This document shows positions 11,394-21,600 of a DNA stretch of 64,000 bases, in pieces (position 1 is the stretch's first letter; every line of letters begins with the position of its first letter). Origin of the DNA: Paludibacteraceae bacterium (GTDB lineage Bacteria; Bacteroidota; Bacteroidia; Bacteroidales; Paludibacteraceae). A model generated the notes under the pieces. The model saw nothing but the letters and a program-made list of their open reading frames with translations, ran no database searches and was not told where the DNA came from. The DNA is taken from positions 32,327 through 96,326 of the forward strand of contig JBGVCG010000035.1 of assembly GCA_045226255.1 (NCBI GenBank), read 5' to 3'. The translations under genes and the position numbers were made by a program.

Positions 11394-12947
11394 TCAATCC
11401 TGCGCCATCATTTTTTTGAAAAGATTGCGCATATTGACCGCATCGCCGATGATTTTATGCAAGTCCGCAACCTTCACACGGTCCTGCTTCATCGTATCGC
11501 GATAACGCAACGTAACGGTGTCGTCCTCCAACGTCTGATGGTCTACCGTCACACAGAACGGAGTACCGATAGCGTCTTGGCGACGATAACGCTTTCCGAT
11601 GGTGTCTTTCTCCTCGTAAGCGCAACGGTAATCGAACTTCAGCTCGTTCATGATCTCCGTGGCCTTCTCTGGGAGTCCTTCCTTCTTCAACAAAGGCAAA
11701 ACCGCACACTTCACTGGAGCCAATGCCGGTGGCAACGAAAGGACAACCCTCTTGTCGCCTCCCTCCAACTGCTCCTCCTTGTACGAAGCTGCCATGACGG
11801 AGAGGAACATACGGTCCACACCGATGGAAGTCTCGATTACGTAAGGAATATATGATTTATTCTCCTCAGGATCGAAGTATTCCAACTTCTTTCCGGAGAA
11901 TTGTCCATGACGAGACAAATCCCAGTTCGTACGGGAGTGGATACCCTCCACCTCCTTGAATCCGAAAGGCATGAGGAACTCGATGTCGGTAGCCGCATTG
12001 GCATAGTGGGCCAACTTGTCGTGGTCATGGTAGCGATACTTCTCGTCACCCAAGCCAAGCGCCTTGTGCCACTTAAGGCGGAACGCCTTCCAATGCTTGA
12101 ACCACTCCATCTCCGTACCCGGCTTGCAGAAGAACTGCATCTCCATCTGCTCGAACTCACGCATACGGAAGATGAACTGACGAGCCACGATTTCGTTACG
12201 GAATGCCTTACCAATCTGGGCGATACCGAAAGGCACCTTCATTCTACCCGTCTTCTGTACATTCAAGAAATTGGTGAAGATACCTTGGCAAGTCTCCGGA
12301 CGCAGGTAGATGGACATCGTGTTATCCGCCGTGGAGCCCACCTCCGTCTTGAACATCAAGTTGAACTGCTTCACGTCCGTCCAGTTCTTCGTACCACTGA
12401 TCGGGCAAACGATCTCCTCATCGAGGATGATCTGCTTCAATTCATCCAAATTATTGTCGTTCAACGCCTTGGAGAAACGCTCGTGAAGAGCGTCACGTTT
12501 TTGGATATGCTCCATCACTCTTGGGTTCGTAGACTTGAACTTCTCCTCGTCGAATGCATCGCCGAATTTCTTGGCAGCCTTCTCGACCTCCTTGTTGATC
12601 TTATCATCGTATTTAGCGAGTTGATCCTCGATAAGGACATCGGCGCGATAACGTTTCTTGGAGTCACGGTTGTCGATCAACGGATCGTTGAACGCATCCA
12701 CGTGACCGGAAGCCTTCCATGTGGTAGGTTCCATGAAAATCGCAGCATCGATTCCGACAATGTTTTGGTGGAGCAACGTCATGCTATCCCACCAATACTT
12801 CTTAATGTTGTTCTTCAACTCGACACCATTCTGGCCATAATCATAGACGGCGGCCAATCCGCCATAAATTTCGCTTGAAGGGAATACAAAACCATACTCC
12901 TTACAGTGCGAAACCAACTGTTTAAAAACTTCTTCCTGTGAAGCCAT
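11394..12947 (-). CDS. glyQS: glycine--tRNA ligase (single-chain type)
   Basis: 517-aa ORF with class II aaRS GlyRS features throughout (FPSSEIYGG, GIAQIGKAFRNE, ETSIGVDR). Confidence 0.95.
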   Translation of the reverse strand: MASQEEVFKQLVSHCKEYGFVFPSSEIYGGLAAVYDYGQNGVELKNNIKKYWWDSMTLLHQNIVGIDAAIFMEPTTWKASGHVDAFNDPLIDNRDSKKRYRADVLIEDQLAKYDDKINKEVEKAAKKFGDAFDEEKFKSTNPRVMEHIQKRDALHERFSKALNDNNLDELKQIILDEEIVCPISGTKNWTDVKQFNLMFKTEVGSTADNTMSIYLRPETCQGIFTNFLNVQKTGRMKVPFGIAQIGKAFRNEIVARQFIFRMREFEQMEMQFFCKPGTEMEWFKHWKAFRLKWHKALGLGDEKYRYHDHDKLAHYANAATDIEFLMPFGFKEVEGIHSRTNWDLSRHGQFSGKKLEYFDPEENKSYIPYVIETSIGVDRMFLSVMAASYKEEQLEGGDKRVVLSLPPALAPVKCAVLPLLKKEGLPEKATEIMNELKFDYRCAYEEKDTIGKRYRRQDAIGTPFCVTVDHQTLEDDTVTLRYRDTMKQDRVKVADLHKIIGDAVNMRNLFKKMMAQD

Positions 12948-12988
12948 TACCTTATATATTATTATAAATTAAAATCTATTTTGAAAAA

Positions 12989-13801
12989 TCACTTCAAAAC
13001 CTCCACCTTCATCTTCACGTCTTTCAACGGTCTATCTCCAGGAGCCGTCTTAACCGCAGCGATCGCATCGATGACCTCGAGGCCTTCCACAACCTCTCCA
13101 AAGACAGTGTACTCATTGTCCAAGAACGGAGTTCCGCCCAACGTCTTATAGTCATTCCTCATTTGCTCAGGCATTTTCGTGGCAGTCTTGCCAGCGAACT
13201 CCTTCTCCAACTGCGCCAAAATCTCCGACTGCAGTTTCTGCAAGCCCTCCTGATCCTTGGCGATTCGAAGTTTCTTCACCTCATCATTCCTTTGGTTGAC
13301 GATTTGATAGAAACGTGCCTCCTTCGCCTTATTGATGGACATATTCTCCATTTGATTCAACTTAGAATCGTCCAGTTTGTCACCTTGGACAATGTAGAAC
13401 TGGCAACCCGAGGAACGCTTCTCCGGATTCACCTGATCACCCTGACGAGCGGCCGCCAACGCACCTTTCTTATGGTAATACTTAGGATATACGAACTCCG
13501 CCGGGATCGTGTAGCCTACATCGCCAGCTCCCAATTGCTTGGAAGCGGGAGCGTTCTTCGACTCCGGATCACCTCCCTGAATCATAAATCCCTTAATGAC
13601 ACGATGGAAAAGCAAACCATCATAAAAACCTTTTTGTGCCAACTTAATGAAATTGTCGCGGTGTTGTGGCGTTTCATTGTACAACTTCACCTTCATATTA
13701 CCGAATTCAGTAGTAATCAGGACCATAGTCTCCTTCTCTGCAGCTTGTACCGTCATAAAAATTAGAGTCAATAAAAAAGTTACTATCAAGTTTTTCCTCA
13801 T
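12989..13801 (-). CDS. secreted cyclophilin-type peptidyl-prolyl cis-trans isomerase
   Basis: 270-aa ORF with a signal peptide and the FHRVIKGFMIQGGDP cyclophilin motif. Confidence 0.9.
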   Translation of the reverse strand: MRKNLIVTFLLTLIFMTVQAAEKETMVLITTEFGNMKVKLYNETPQHRDNFIKLAQKGFYDGLLFHRVIKGFMIQGGDPESKNAPASKQLGAGDVGYTIPAEFVYPKYYHKKGALAAARQGDQVNPEKRSSGCQFYIVQGDKLDDSKLNQMENMSINKAKEARFYQIVNQRNDEVKKLRIAKDQEGLQKLQSEILAQLEKEFAGKTATKMPEQMRNDYKTLGGTPFLDNEYTVFGEVVEGLEVIDAIAAVKTAPGDRPLKDVKMKVEVLK

Positions 13802-13821
13802 ATGCCTAAAATTTTATTTCA

Positions 13822-13829
13822 CAAAAATA
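13822..13829 (-). promoter_or_regulatory. Bacteroidota -7 box (TAnnTTTG) for the PPIase gene
   Basis: Plus-strand caaaaata equals TATTTTTG on the minus strand, 21 nt upstream of the ATG. Confidence 0.35.
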
Positions 13830-13860
13830 CGAATAATGTTTTTCTGTACAAAAAATTTTG

Positions 13861-13868
13861 TAATTTTG
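13861..13868 (+). promoter_or_regulatory. Bacteroidota -7 box (TAnnTTTG) for rpmE2
   Basis: TAATTTTG lies 60 nt upstream of the L31 start. Confidence 0.4.
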
Positions 13869-13927
13869 CACCGCAAAAAGCGGGAATATAAATCGAATAT
13901 AATAATAACAACTAAAAATAAAAGAAA

Positions 13928-14179
13928 ATGAATAAGGAGATTCAACCAGAGAACTATCGTACGGTGGTGTTCAAGGACTTATCGAACGGTGACACATTCT
14001 TCACACGTTCTACAGTAAACACGAAAGACACAATCGAAATCGATGGAGAGACATACCCGTTGGTGAAGATTGAAATTTCCAGCTCTTCCCACCCATTCTT
14101 CACAGGAAAAGCTAAGATGGTGGATACAGCAGGTCGTGTTGATAAGTTCATGAGCCGCTACGGAAACCGCAAGAAATAA
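13928..14179 (+). CDS. rpmE2: 50S ribosomal protein L31, type B
   Basis: 83-aa ORF containing HPFFTGK...[10 protein letters not shown] and lacking the CxxC zinc motif. Confidence 0.93.
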   Translation: MNKEIQPENYRTVVFKDLSNGDTFFTRSTVNTKDTIEIDGETYPLVKIEISSSSHPFFTGKAKMVDTAGRVDKFMSRYGNRKK

Positions 14180-14199
14180 AGTCCGGAACAGAAGATAAA

Positions 14200-14228
14200 G
14201 GGGTATCGGCATCCGGTACCCTTTTTTT
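14200..14228 (+). terminator. rho-independent terminator after rpmE2
   Basis: 9-bp stem gggtatcgg/ccggtaccc (one G-U pair) with a 3-nt loop, followed by T7. Confidence 0.75.
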
Positions 14229-14249
14229 ATATAATAAAAGCCAGCCAAC

Positions 14250-15128
14250 ATGGAAAGAATTATCATATTCGGCAACAAATACAGAGAGGAAGTCATCAGA
14301 CACACCAAAGTCCTGGCGGACGCATTCAGGGAAAGGGGCGTGGAAGTAGGCATAGAAAAAGATTTCTGCCAATTCCTCATCGAGAAGGGTTGCGACTTGT
14401 CCTACCCCCACACAGTCATCGACGAAGAATGCGGGAAGGCGGATATGGCTTTCAGCATTGGCGGCGACGGCACCTTCATCAGAGCTGCGGCGAAAATCGG
14501 GAAAAGCGGCATCCCACTTTTAGGTATCAATGCAGGACGTCTCGGATTCCTTGCGGATGTATCAGGCGAGGAGATCGGTAACGCGGTCGAGGAAATCATG
14601 GATGGCAAATACAAAATCGAGGAGAGATCTCTTCTCCGCCTCCATACGGAAGACCGCCTATACACAGATTTCAACTACGCACTGAACGAAATCGCCGTCT
14701 TGAAAAGAGACTCCTCCGCCATGATCACCATTCACGCATGGGCCAACGGAGTTTTCGTCAACTCCTACCAGGCCGACGGTCTCCTTGTGGCCACATCCAC
14801 CGGATCCACGGCCTACTCCATGAGCGTCGGAGGCCCTATCGTTGTGCCTCAGGCCTCTAACTTCATCCTGACGCCTGTCGCGCCGCACAGCATCAACGTC
14901 CGCCCTATCATCATCCCAGACACTTGGGAGATCGAGCTGAAAGTGGAAAGCCGCAACAAGCATTTCCTCATCGCCTTGGACGGACGAAACAATATATTCG
15001 ACGACAAGACAACCCTATCCATCCGAAAAGCGGACTTCACCATCAAAACGGTGAAACGCGAAGACCAAGACTTCTTCTGCACGCTACGGACCAAACTCAG
15101 ATGGGGTAACGACGAAAGAGAACGATAA
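14250..15128 (+). CDS. nadK: NAD+ kinase
   Basis: 292-aa ORF with the GGDGTF motif and NadK-like TGSTAYSMS region. Confidence 0.92.
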   Translation: MERIIIFGNKYREEVIRHTKVLADAFRERGVEVGIEKDFCQFLIEKGCDLSYPHTVIDEECGKADMAFSIGGDGTFIRAAAKIGKSGIPLLGINAGRLGFLADVSGEEIGNAVEEIMDGKYKIEERSLLRLHTEDRLYTDFNYALNEIAVLKRDSSAMITIHAWANGVFVNSYQADGLLVATSTGSTAYSMSVGGPIVVPQASNFILTPVAPHSINVRPIIIPDTWEIELKVESRNKHFLIALDGRNNIFDDKTTLSIRKADFTIKTVKREDQDFFCTLRTKLRWGNDERER

Positions 15129-15132
15129 GAGC

Positions 15133-16101
15133 ATGGAAAAGAAGAATCTACGAATCGTATACATGGGGACCCCAGACTTTGCGGTCGAGCCTCTCAAGAG
15201 ACTTGTCGAGGGTGGCTACAACGTCGTGGGATGCATCACCATGCCAGACAAACCAGCGGGCAGAGGACACAAAATCCAATTCTCGCCAGTGAAGGAATAC
15301 GCCCTAGAGAAAGGGATTCCCCTACTTCAACCCGAAAAACTGAAGGACGAAACCTTCCAAGCGGAATTGAAAGCATGGAACGCTGACCTTCAAATCGTCG
15401 TAGCCTTTCGTATGCTCCCCGAATCGGTCTGGAACATGCCACGCCTAGGCACATTCAATCTCCACGCCTCTCTGCTACCTCAATACAGAGGTGCGGCACC
15501 GATCAATTGGGCGGTCATCAACGGAGAAAAAGAGACGGGCGTCACCACCTTCTTCCTCACCCATGACATCGACACGGGAAACATCATCCTACAGGAGAAA
15601 GTTAAGATCGGCGAGTCTGACAACGTAGGCACCGTCCATGACAAACTCATGACTATCGGTGCAGACCTCGTCACGAAGACAGTGGACAAAATACTCGACG
15701 GGAGCGTCACCACAACCCAACAATCCGTGCTCTACAAGGATTTGTCAGAATTAAAGCCTGCACCTAAGATTTTCAAGGAGACCTGCAAGATAGACTTCAA
15801 CGAGAAGGCGCAACGCATACACAATCTTGTTAGGGGACTCTCCCCCTACCCTGCCGCCTGGTGCGAATTACTGGATCAGGAAGGGAACGCAACCGCCATC
15901 AAGGTGTTTGAAACAGAGATTTTGGATAGCAAAATCGAAGGGAACCCAGGCACGTTCACTTATGACAAAAAGAATATCGACGTAGCCACAGGAGAGGGAA
16001 CCATTCGAATCAAAACGCTGCAATACCCAGGGAAAAAGAGGCTCACAGCGGAGGAATTCCTTCGGGGATTCAGGATGGATGAAATCTCCAGGTTCAACTA
16101 A
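15133..16101 (+). CDS. fmt: methionyl-tRNA formyltransferase
   Basis: 322-aa ORF with MGTPDFAV, FNLHASLLPQYRGAAPINWA and a C-terminal Fmt domain. Confidence 0.95.
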   Translation: MEKKNLRIVYMGTPDFAVEPLKRLVEGGYNVVGCITMPDKPAGRGHKIQFSPVKEYALEKGIPLLQPEKLKDETFQAELKAWNADLQIVVAFRMLPESVWNMPRLGTFNLHASLLPQYRGAAPINWAVINGEKETGVTTFFLTHDIDTGNIILQEKVKIGESDNVGTVHDKLMTIGADLVTKTVDKILDGSVTTTQQSVLYKDLSELKPAPKIFKETCKIDFNEKAQRIHNLVRGLSPYPAAWCELLDQEGNATAIKVFETEILDSKIEGNPGTFTYDKKNIDVATGEGTIRIKTLQYPGKKRLTAEEFLRGFRMDEISRFN

Positions 16102-16149
16102 TTTCACAATTTTTTTATCTTTTTACCGTTTACATAAAAAAATATTCCG

Positions 16150-16157
16150 TACATTTG
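16150..16157 (+). promoter_or_regulatory. Bacteroidota -7 box (TAnnTTTG) upstream of the sigma factor gene
   Basis: TACATTTG, embedded in the small palindrome cgtacatttgtacg, about 90 nt upstream of the ATG. Confidence 0.35.
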
Positions 16158-16247
16158 TACGTATAAAGTTTTTTGATGAAGCGAAGTATTAACTAAAACA
16201 GAATTGCCTATCGACACACGCATACTCAAATATTAAACGATACGAGT

Positions 16248-16841
16248 ATGACAATCAACAAAATGATGACCGACGAAGAGTTGGTCAAATTATACGAAAA
16301 TGGCGTCAATGAAGCATTTGATGCGTTATTGTTGCGCCATAAAGACAGGGTTTTCACGAACATCTACATGTCTGTACGCGACAAGGACATCGCCAACGAC
16401 ATATTCCAAGAGACATTCATAAAGGCGATATGCACCATCAAGCAAGGGAAATACACGGAGAAAGGCAAATTCCTTCCTTGGATCATCCGAATCGCCCACA
16501 ACCTCATCATCGACCAGTACAGGACGGAGAAATCAGAGAACACCATCTCGAACGATGAAGACGATGAGCTCGACCTCTTCAACGACATACGTTTATACGA
16601 CGAGAACGTGGAAGACTCAATGATCAGGGAACAGATATACGAGGATGTCGTCAAACTCATGAACCATTTACCAGACAATCAAAGGGACGTCCTACGCATG
16701 AGATTCTTCGAAGACCTCAGTTTCAAGGAAATTGCAGATGCGACGGGCGTAAGCATCAACACTGCTTTGGGAAGGATGCGCTATGCCATTCTAAACCTCA
16801 GGAAACTAGCGGAAGAGAATGACGTCTTCCTCTGTCAATGA
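16248..16841 (+). CDS. sigma-70 family (ECF-type) RNA polymerase sigma factor
   Basis: 197-aa ORF with region 2 (FLPWIIRIAHNLIIDQYR) and region 4 (DLSFKEIADATGVSINTALGRMRYA). No anti-sigma gene follows. Confidence 0.88.
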   Translation: MTINKMMTDEELVKLYENGVNEAFDALLLRHKDRVFTNIYMSVRDKDIANDIFQETFIKAICTIKQGKYTEKGKFLPWIIRIAHNLIIDQYRTEKSENTISNDEDDELDLFNDIRLYDENVEDSMIREQIYEDVVKLMNHLPDNQRDVLRMRFFEDLSFKEIADATGVSINTALGRMRYAILNLRKLAEENDVFLCQ

Positions 16842-16985
16842 CCAATAATTAATCATCATACACATGCTCGAAAGGATGGGTATCGTTCAATACCGACGAT
16901 GTCCATCCTTTCCCTTTTTCACAAAGCCGACTTTCAGAACCCAACAGACAAAAAAAGAGGGCGAACATCGTTCGTCCTCTTCTAG

Positions 16986-17059
16986 CGGTGCGGACGGGAC
17001 TCGAACCCGTGACCCCATGCGTGACAGGCATGTATTCTAACCAGCTGAACTACCGTACC
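16986..17059 (-). tRNA. tRNA-Asp (anticodon GTC)
   Basis: The 74-nt cloverleaf was folded by hand: anticodon arm CATGC-CTGTCAC-GCATG, T arm ACGGG-TTCGAGT-CCCGT. CCA is not encoded. The acceptor stem has one A4:C mismatch. Confidence 0.9.
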
Positions 17060-17223
17060 TTCAACAATCGTTCTCTCTCGATTGCGGTGCAAAGGTAATC
17101 ATATTTTTGATTCCGGCAAACATCCGAACAACTTTTTTCGGAAAAAATTCCGCAAACAATTTTTAAACAAAGAACTCGTTATATTTACAGTAAAAAAGAA
17201 ACTAAAAGGAGGAAGAGGGGAAG

Positions 17224-18012
17224 ATGGAACTAACAGACACACATTCACACTTATACGAGGACGAATTCAAAGATGACAGGGAAGAAGCCATTCAACGTTT
17301 AAAGGAGAAGCACGTCACCAGCGTCTACTTACCCAACATAGACGGCGAAAGCATAGACAAAATGCTCCAGCTATACCAAAGCGACAAAAGGCTCTTCCAC
17401 ATCATGATGGGTCTCCATCCCACCAGCGTGAAAGAGGACTACAAGGAAGTCATGGAACAGATATGGGGAAGATTGTCAGGAGAGGACATCTGCGGAATCG
17501 GAGAGATTGGCATAGACCTATATTGGGACAAAACATACCTCAAAGAGCAAACAGAGGCCTTCGAGATCCAGACCGACTGGGCGATACAACATGGACTTCC
17601 CATCGTCATACACACCCGCAAGGCATTTGAAGAAGCCTTCTCGTCCCTGAGGAAGTTCGACAAGAGCAAGCTGAGAGGCATATTCCACTGCTATTCAGGT
17701 TCTTTGGAAATCGCCAAAGAAATATTCAAACTGGGAGACTTCAGTCTAGGCATCGGAGGAGTGCTGACATTCAAAAACGCAGGGTTGGCGCAGGTGGTCC
17801 AAGAGATTCCATTGGAAAAGCTTGTATTAGAGACCGACTGCCCCTACCTCACCCCCGCACCGCACAGAGGAGAAAGAAACGAATCATCCTACGTCTTCCA
17901 TGTGGCAGAAAAACTTGCGGAGATAAAGGGGTTAAGCCTAGAAGAAATCGCAGAAGCGACCACTCGTAACGCCATAAATATTTTTGGAGGGAAGCATTCT
18001 CATAAAGCATAA
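17224..18012 (+). CDS. TatD family metal-dependent hydrolase
   Basis: 262-aa ORF with an N-terminal DTHSHL motif, an IGEIGID motif and ETDCPYL. Confidence 0.9.
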   Translation: MELTDTHSHLYEDEFKDDREEAIQRLKEKHVTSVYLPNIDGESIDKMLQLYQSDKRLFHIMMGLHPTSVKEDYKEVMEQIWGRLSGEDICGIGEIGIDLYWDKTYLKEQTEAFEIQTDWAIQHGLPIVIHTRKAFEEAFSSLRKFDKSKLRGIFHCYSGSLEIAKEIFKLGDFSLGIGGVLTFKNAGLAQVVQEIPLEKLVLETDCPYLTPAPHRGERNESSYVFHVAEKLAEIKGLSLEEIAEATTRNAINIFGGKHSHKA

Positions 18013-18017
18013 AATCG

Positions 18018-18025
18018 TATATTTG
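18018..18025 (+). promoter_or_regulatory. Bacteroidota -7 box (TAnnTTTG) for the FAH-porU unit
   Basis: TATATTTG lies 17 nt upstream of the ATG at 18042. Confidence 0.4.
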
Positions 18026-18041
18026 TAAAAAAAAAGAGAAC

Positions 18042-18653
18042 ATGAAGATAATTGCAGTCGGATGGAACTATGCAGACCACAGCAAGGAACTGAATCCCAC
18101 GCAGTTGCCGAAACACCCTGTCATATTCATGAAACCGGAGACGGCATTGCTGAAGGAGAACAATCCTTTTTACCTGCCCGATTTTTCGAAGAGGATTGAC
18201 TACGAATGCGAGCTGGTGGTACGCATATCCAAGATGGGGAAGAACATATCGAGGAAATTCGCCAACCGCTACTACGACGAAATTGGACTAGGCATCGACT
18301 TCACAGCGAGAGACCTGCAGAACGATTTCAAAGCGGAAGGATCACCTTGGGAAATATGCAAGGGCTTTGACAATTCCGCCCCCATAAGCGACTTCATCAG
18401 CAAGGAAGGGTTCAATCTAAACGAGCTTCATTTCTCCCTGAAGAAAAACGGAGAGACCGTACAGCAAGGGAACACCTCCGACATGGTATTCGGCATCGAT
18501 GAAATCATCGAGTACGTAAGCAAATTCTTCACGTTAAAGACCGGAGACCTCATCTTCACCGGCACACCAGTCGGCGTAGGACCCGTTCAAATCAATGATC
18601 ACTTGGAAGGATACATCGAAGAGAAGCTAATGTTCCAATTCGACGTGTTGTAA
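18042..18653 (+). CDS. fumarylacetoacetate hydrolase family protein
   Basis: 203-aa ORF with an FAH-fold signature (YECELVV, GDLIFTGTPVGVGP). Confidence 0.85.
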   Translation: MKIIAVGWNYADHSKELNPTQLPKHPVIFMKPETALLKENNPFYLPDFSKRIDYECELVVRISKMGKNISRKFANRYYDEIGLGIDFTARDLQNDFKAEGSPWEICKGFDNSAPISDFISKEGFNLNELHFSLKKNGETVQQGNTSDMVFGIDEIIEYVSKFFTLKTGDLIFTGTPVGVGPVQINDHLEGYIEEKLMFQFDVL

Positions 18654-18673
18654 AAACAAAAAAACGAAACATC

Positions 18674-21600
18674 ATGAAATCATCGAAGTTTTTTCTCCGC
18701 ACCATTATCGCAAGCGTCCTGTCCCTTATTTCATGGGGAAATCTCCAATCAATGGACTTCGCGAAACACTCCGTCCTCGCATCCGGCACATGGGTGAAAA
18801 TCAGAGTGCAAGAAACCGGCGTGTGTAAAATGACATACGAACAAATCAAGGATATGGGGTTCTCCAACCCCAAGGAAGTGCACGTTTACGGATATGGTGG
18901 TGCCATGCTAAGCGAGAATTTCGGCACACCTAAAACAGACGACCTGAAAGAGACCCCCATCTATGACTCAGGTTCTGCCATTTACTTCTACGCACAAGGT
19001 CCGCGGAAATGGAACTACAGGGGAATGGAAGCCAAACACCCCTTCGACATCAGTTCAAACATCTACTCCAACTACGGATATTACTTCCTAACCAGCAACA
19101 AAGACAAAAGGGAACTCATTAAAGAAGCCACTACCGTAGAAAGCGATGACAACGAGATAGAAATAACGAACTACTTAGAACATATCGTACACAAAAAAGA
19201 AGAACACAATCTGGTTGAATCGGGGAAAGGATGGTTTGGAGACAAAACACCGATGAACACGGTGTTCTCGCTAGACTTTAACGTACCCGACATCGATGTC
19301 AATGAACTAGCAAGCTTATACCTCAACGTCGCAGCACGATCCGACAGAGACAGCAAAATATTCATATTCTTCAATGGGGAACAGTTCGAGTTAGAGGTCC
19401 CTCTCAGTGCGAGAGAAGTATCCGCCATGCCTGCGGAAAAGACAATAGTATGGCTACCGACCCAAGAGAACAACAAACTTTCGCTCAACTATAGCTCAAA
19501 CAACGGGACAGACCATATGTGGGTGGAGCAGATTGTGCTTTGCGCCTTCCGAAATCTAAAGTTGGCCAACGGAATCACCTACTTCCGCAATCCCAACACA
19601 GAAGAGGCCAACACGTACAAATACATCATCAGTGGCGTCCAACCGAACACCATCGTTTGGGACATTACCAATCCCACAGAAGTGACACAAATACCGACAG
19701 AAAATGACGGTAATAAATTATCGTTCAGAAGAACTCCTTCACAAATGGAGGAATTCGTGGCATTCAACCCGACCAGTACCCAATTCGTCAAGGCGGAGAA
19801 CGCAGGGAAAGTGGCCAACCAAGACCTTCATTCCATAAAAGACATCGACTTCATTATCATTTCCCATGAAGCGTTTCTTTCTGAAGCCAACAGATTGGCC
19901 AAGATCCACCAAAAATACGACAACGTCAGCACAGTGATCGTCACACCAGAAGAGATATACAACGAGTTCTCCTCCGGAACGCCGGATGCCAGTGCCATCC
20001 GCTGGTTCCTAAAGATGTTCTACGACAGAGGGGAATACAACAAACAAGTGTTACTCTTCGGAGACGGATGTTTCGACAACAGAGCATTGCTGAGGGATAA
20101 CAGCACCACAGTCAATAACTTCATCGTCACCTACCAAGGAGGAAACAAATTCATAGAAGCCAAATCATACGTCAGCGATGATTATTTCTGTTTCCTCAAC
20201 GACAAAAACAACGGCATACGTATCGGGCAAATGAAGATGGACTATGGAATCGGAAGATTCCCTGTCGCCACTCTGGAGCAAGCCACCCATATGGTAGACA
20301 AAGTGGAGAAATACCTCACTGTCAACAAATACGGCAAATGGAGAGACAAGGTCATTCTCATCGCAGACGATAATGAAGAGGGGGAAGATGCGAGCCGATA
20401 CAACAAGTTCTTCTCCTACTCAGACAATATCGGCAAAATGCTGCACGACAGTGCGCCTGCCCTGGAAATACAGAAAGTCTATTTCGACTCCTACACGAGG
20501 GTATCAGGATCAAACGGAAACAGATATCCAGAAGTGGAGGAAGTCATCAGCAAAAGCATCCAAGACGGAGTCCTTTTGCTCAATTACATTGGACATAGTG
20601 GAGAACTAGCCTGGTCCGAAGAAAGAGTTTTCACTCAAAACCAAGCCGCCACCATCTTCAACGAGAAACAAGGATTCTGGTTCACCGCCAGCTGTCGATT
20701 CAACGTCTTCGACCAACTGAAAACATCCGCAGGCGAAGACCTCATACTGAACCCCAACGGAGGAGCTCTGACGCTATTCTGTGCGGCGAGAACCGTGTAC
20801 GATGCACAAAATGACAACCTCAACAGAATGTACATCAACCACGTGACAGATAAAGACGAGAACAAATTGCCACTGAGAATCGGAGACATCTGCAAGTTAG
20901 CCAAAAACGACGTGGAGAACGATACTAACAAGATGTCATACACCCTAATAGGAGACCCTATGCTGAGGATCTGCTACCCGAGAGACTCGATCATGACGGA
21001 CTCCATCACACTAATCAAGGGTTCTCGTACAGATACAATCCGAGCTCTTTCTGAGATCAAAGTATATGGTCACATAGAAGACGATCAAGCCAATCGCATA
21101 GACAACTTCAATGGAATAATCGAGATCACCCTTTACGACAAAGAGGAAAGATTAAGTACGAAAGGAAACATCTTCAGCACAGAAGCGGAAAAAGAAAAGA
21201 ACAAGCATAAATACACAGATCGGAAGAACATTCTATTCTCCGGAAAGGCAGAAGTAAAGAATGGAGAATTCTCCTTCGTGTTCAAAGTTCCTAAAGACAT
21301 CAACTACAATTACGGGACAGGAAGGCTACACTACTACGCCGTGGACGAATCACTTGACCGGGACGCAACCGGATACACAGAGAGTTTTATCATTGGCGGA
21401 AGCAATACCAACGACACACACGATGACTGCGGTCCAGATGTCCTGCTATACATGAACCACAAAGCGTTCCTTTCCGGAGACAAAGTCAACGATACTCCCG
21501 TTCTATACGCAGAAATCAGCGATCCTAACGGAATCAACTCGTCCGGTAGCGGTATCGGCCACGATATCACACTGACAATCAACGGAAATAGCAATCCAAT

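Noticed and set aside
11901-12878. 325-aa ORF antisense to glyQS, with similar long antisense ORFs at 29212-30180 (tkt), 30694-31608 (tsf), 35507-36673 (metF), 43042-43686 (helicase), 49511-50272 (aminotransferase) and 62710-63645 (amylase)
   Set aside because: Each lies fully inside a confidently identified gene on the other strand. Each has biased, motif-free composition. These are frame artefacts of codon usage.
16849-17031. 60-aa minus-strand ORF (MPVTHGVTGSSPVRTARRG...)
   Set aside because: It overlaps the tRNA-Asp gene. The GSSPVRTA-type peptide is the usual translation artefact of a tRNA T-arm.
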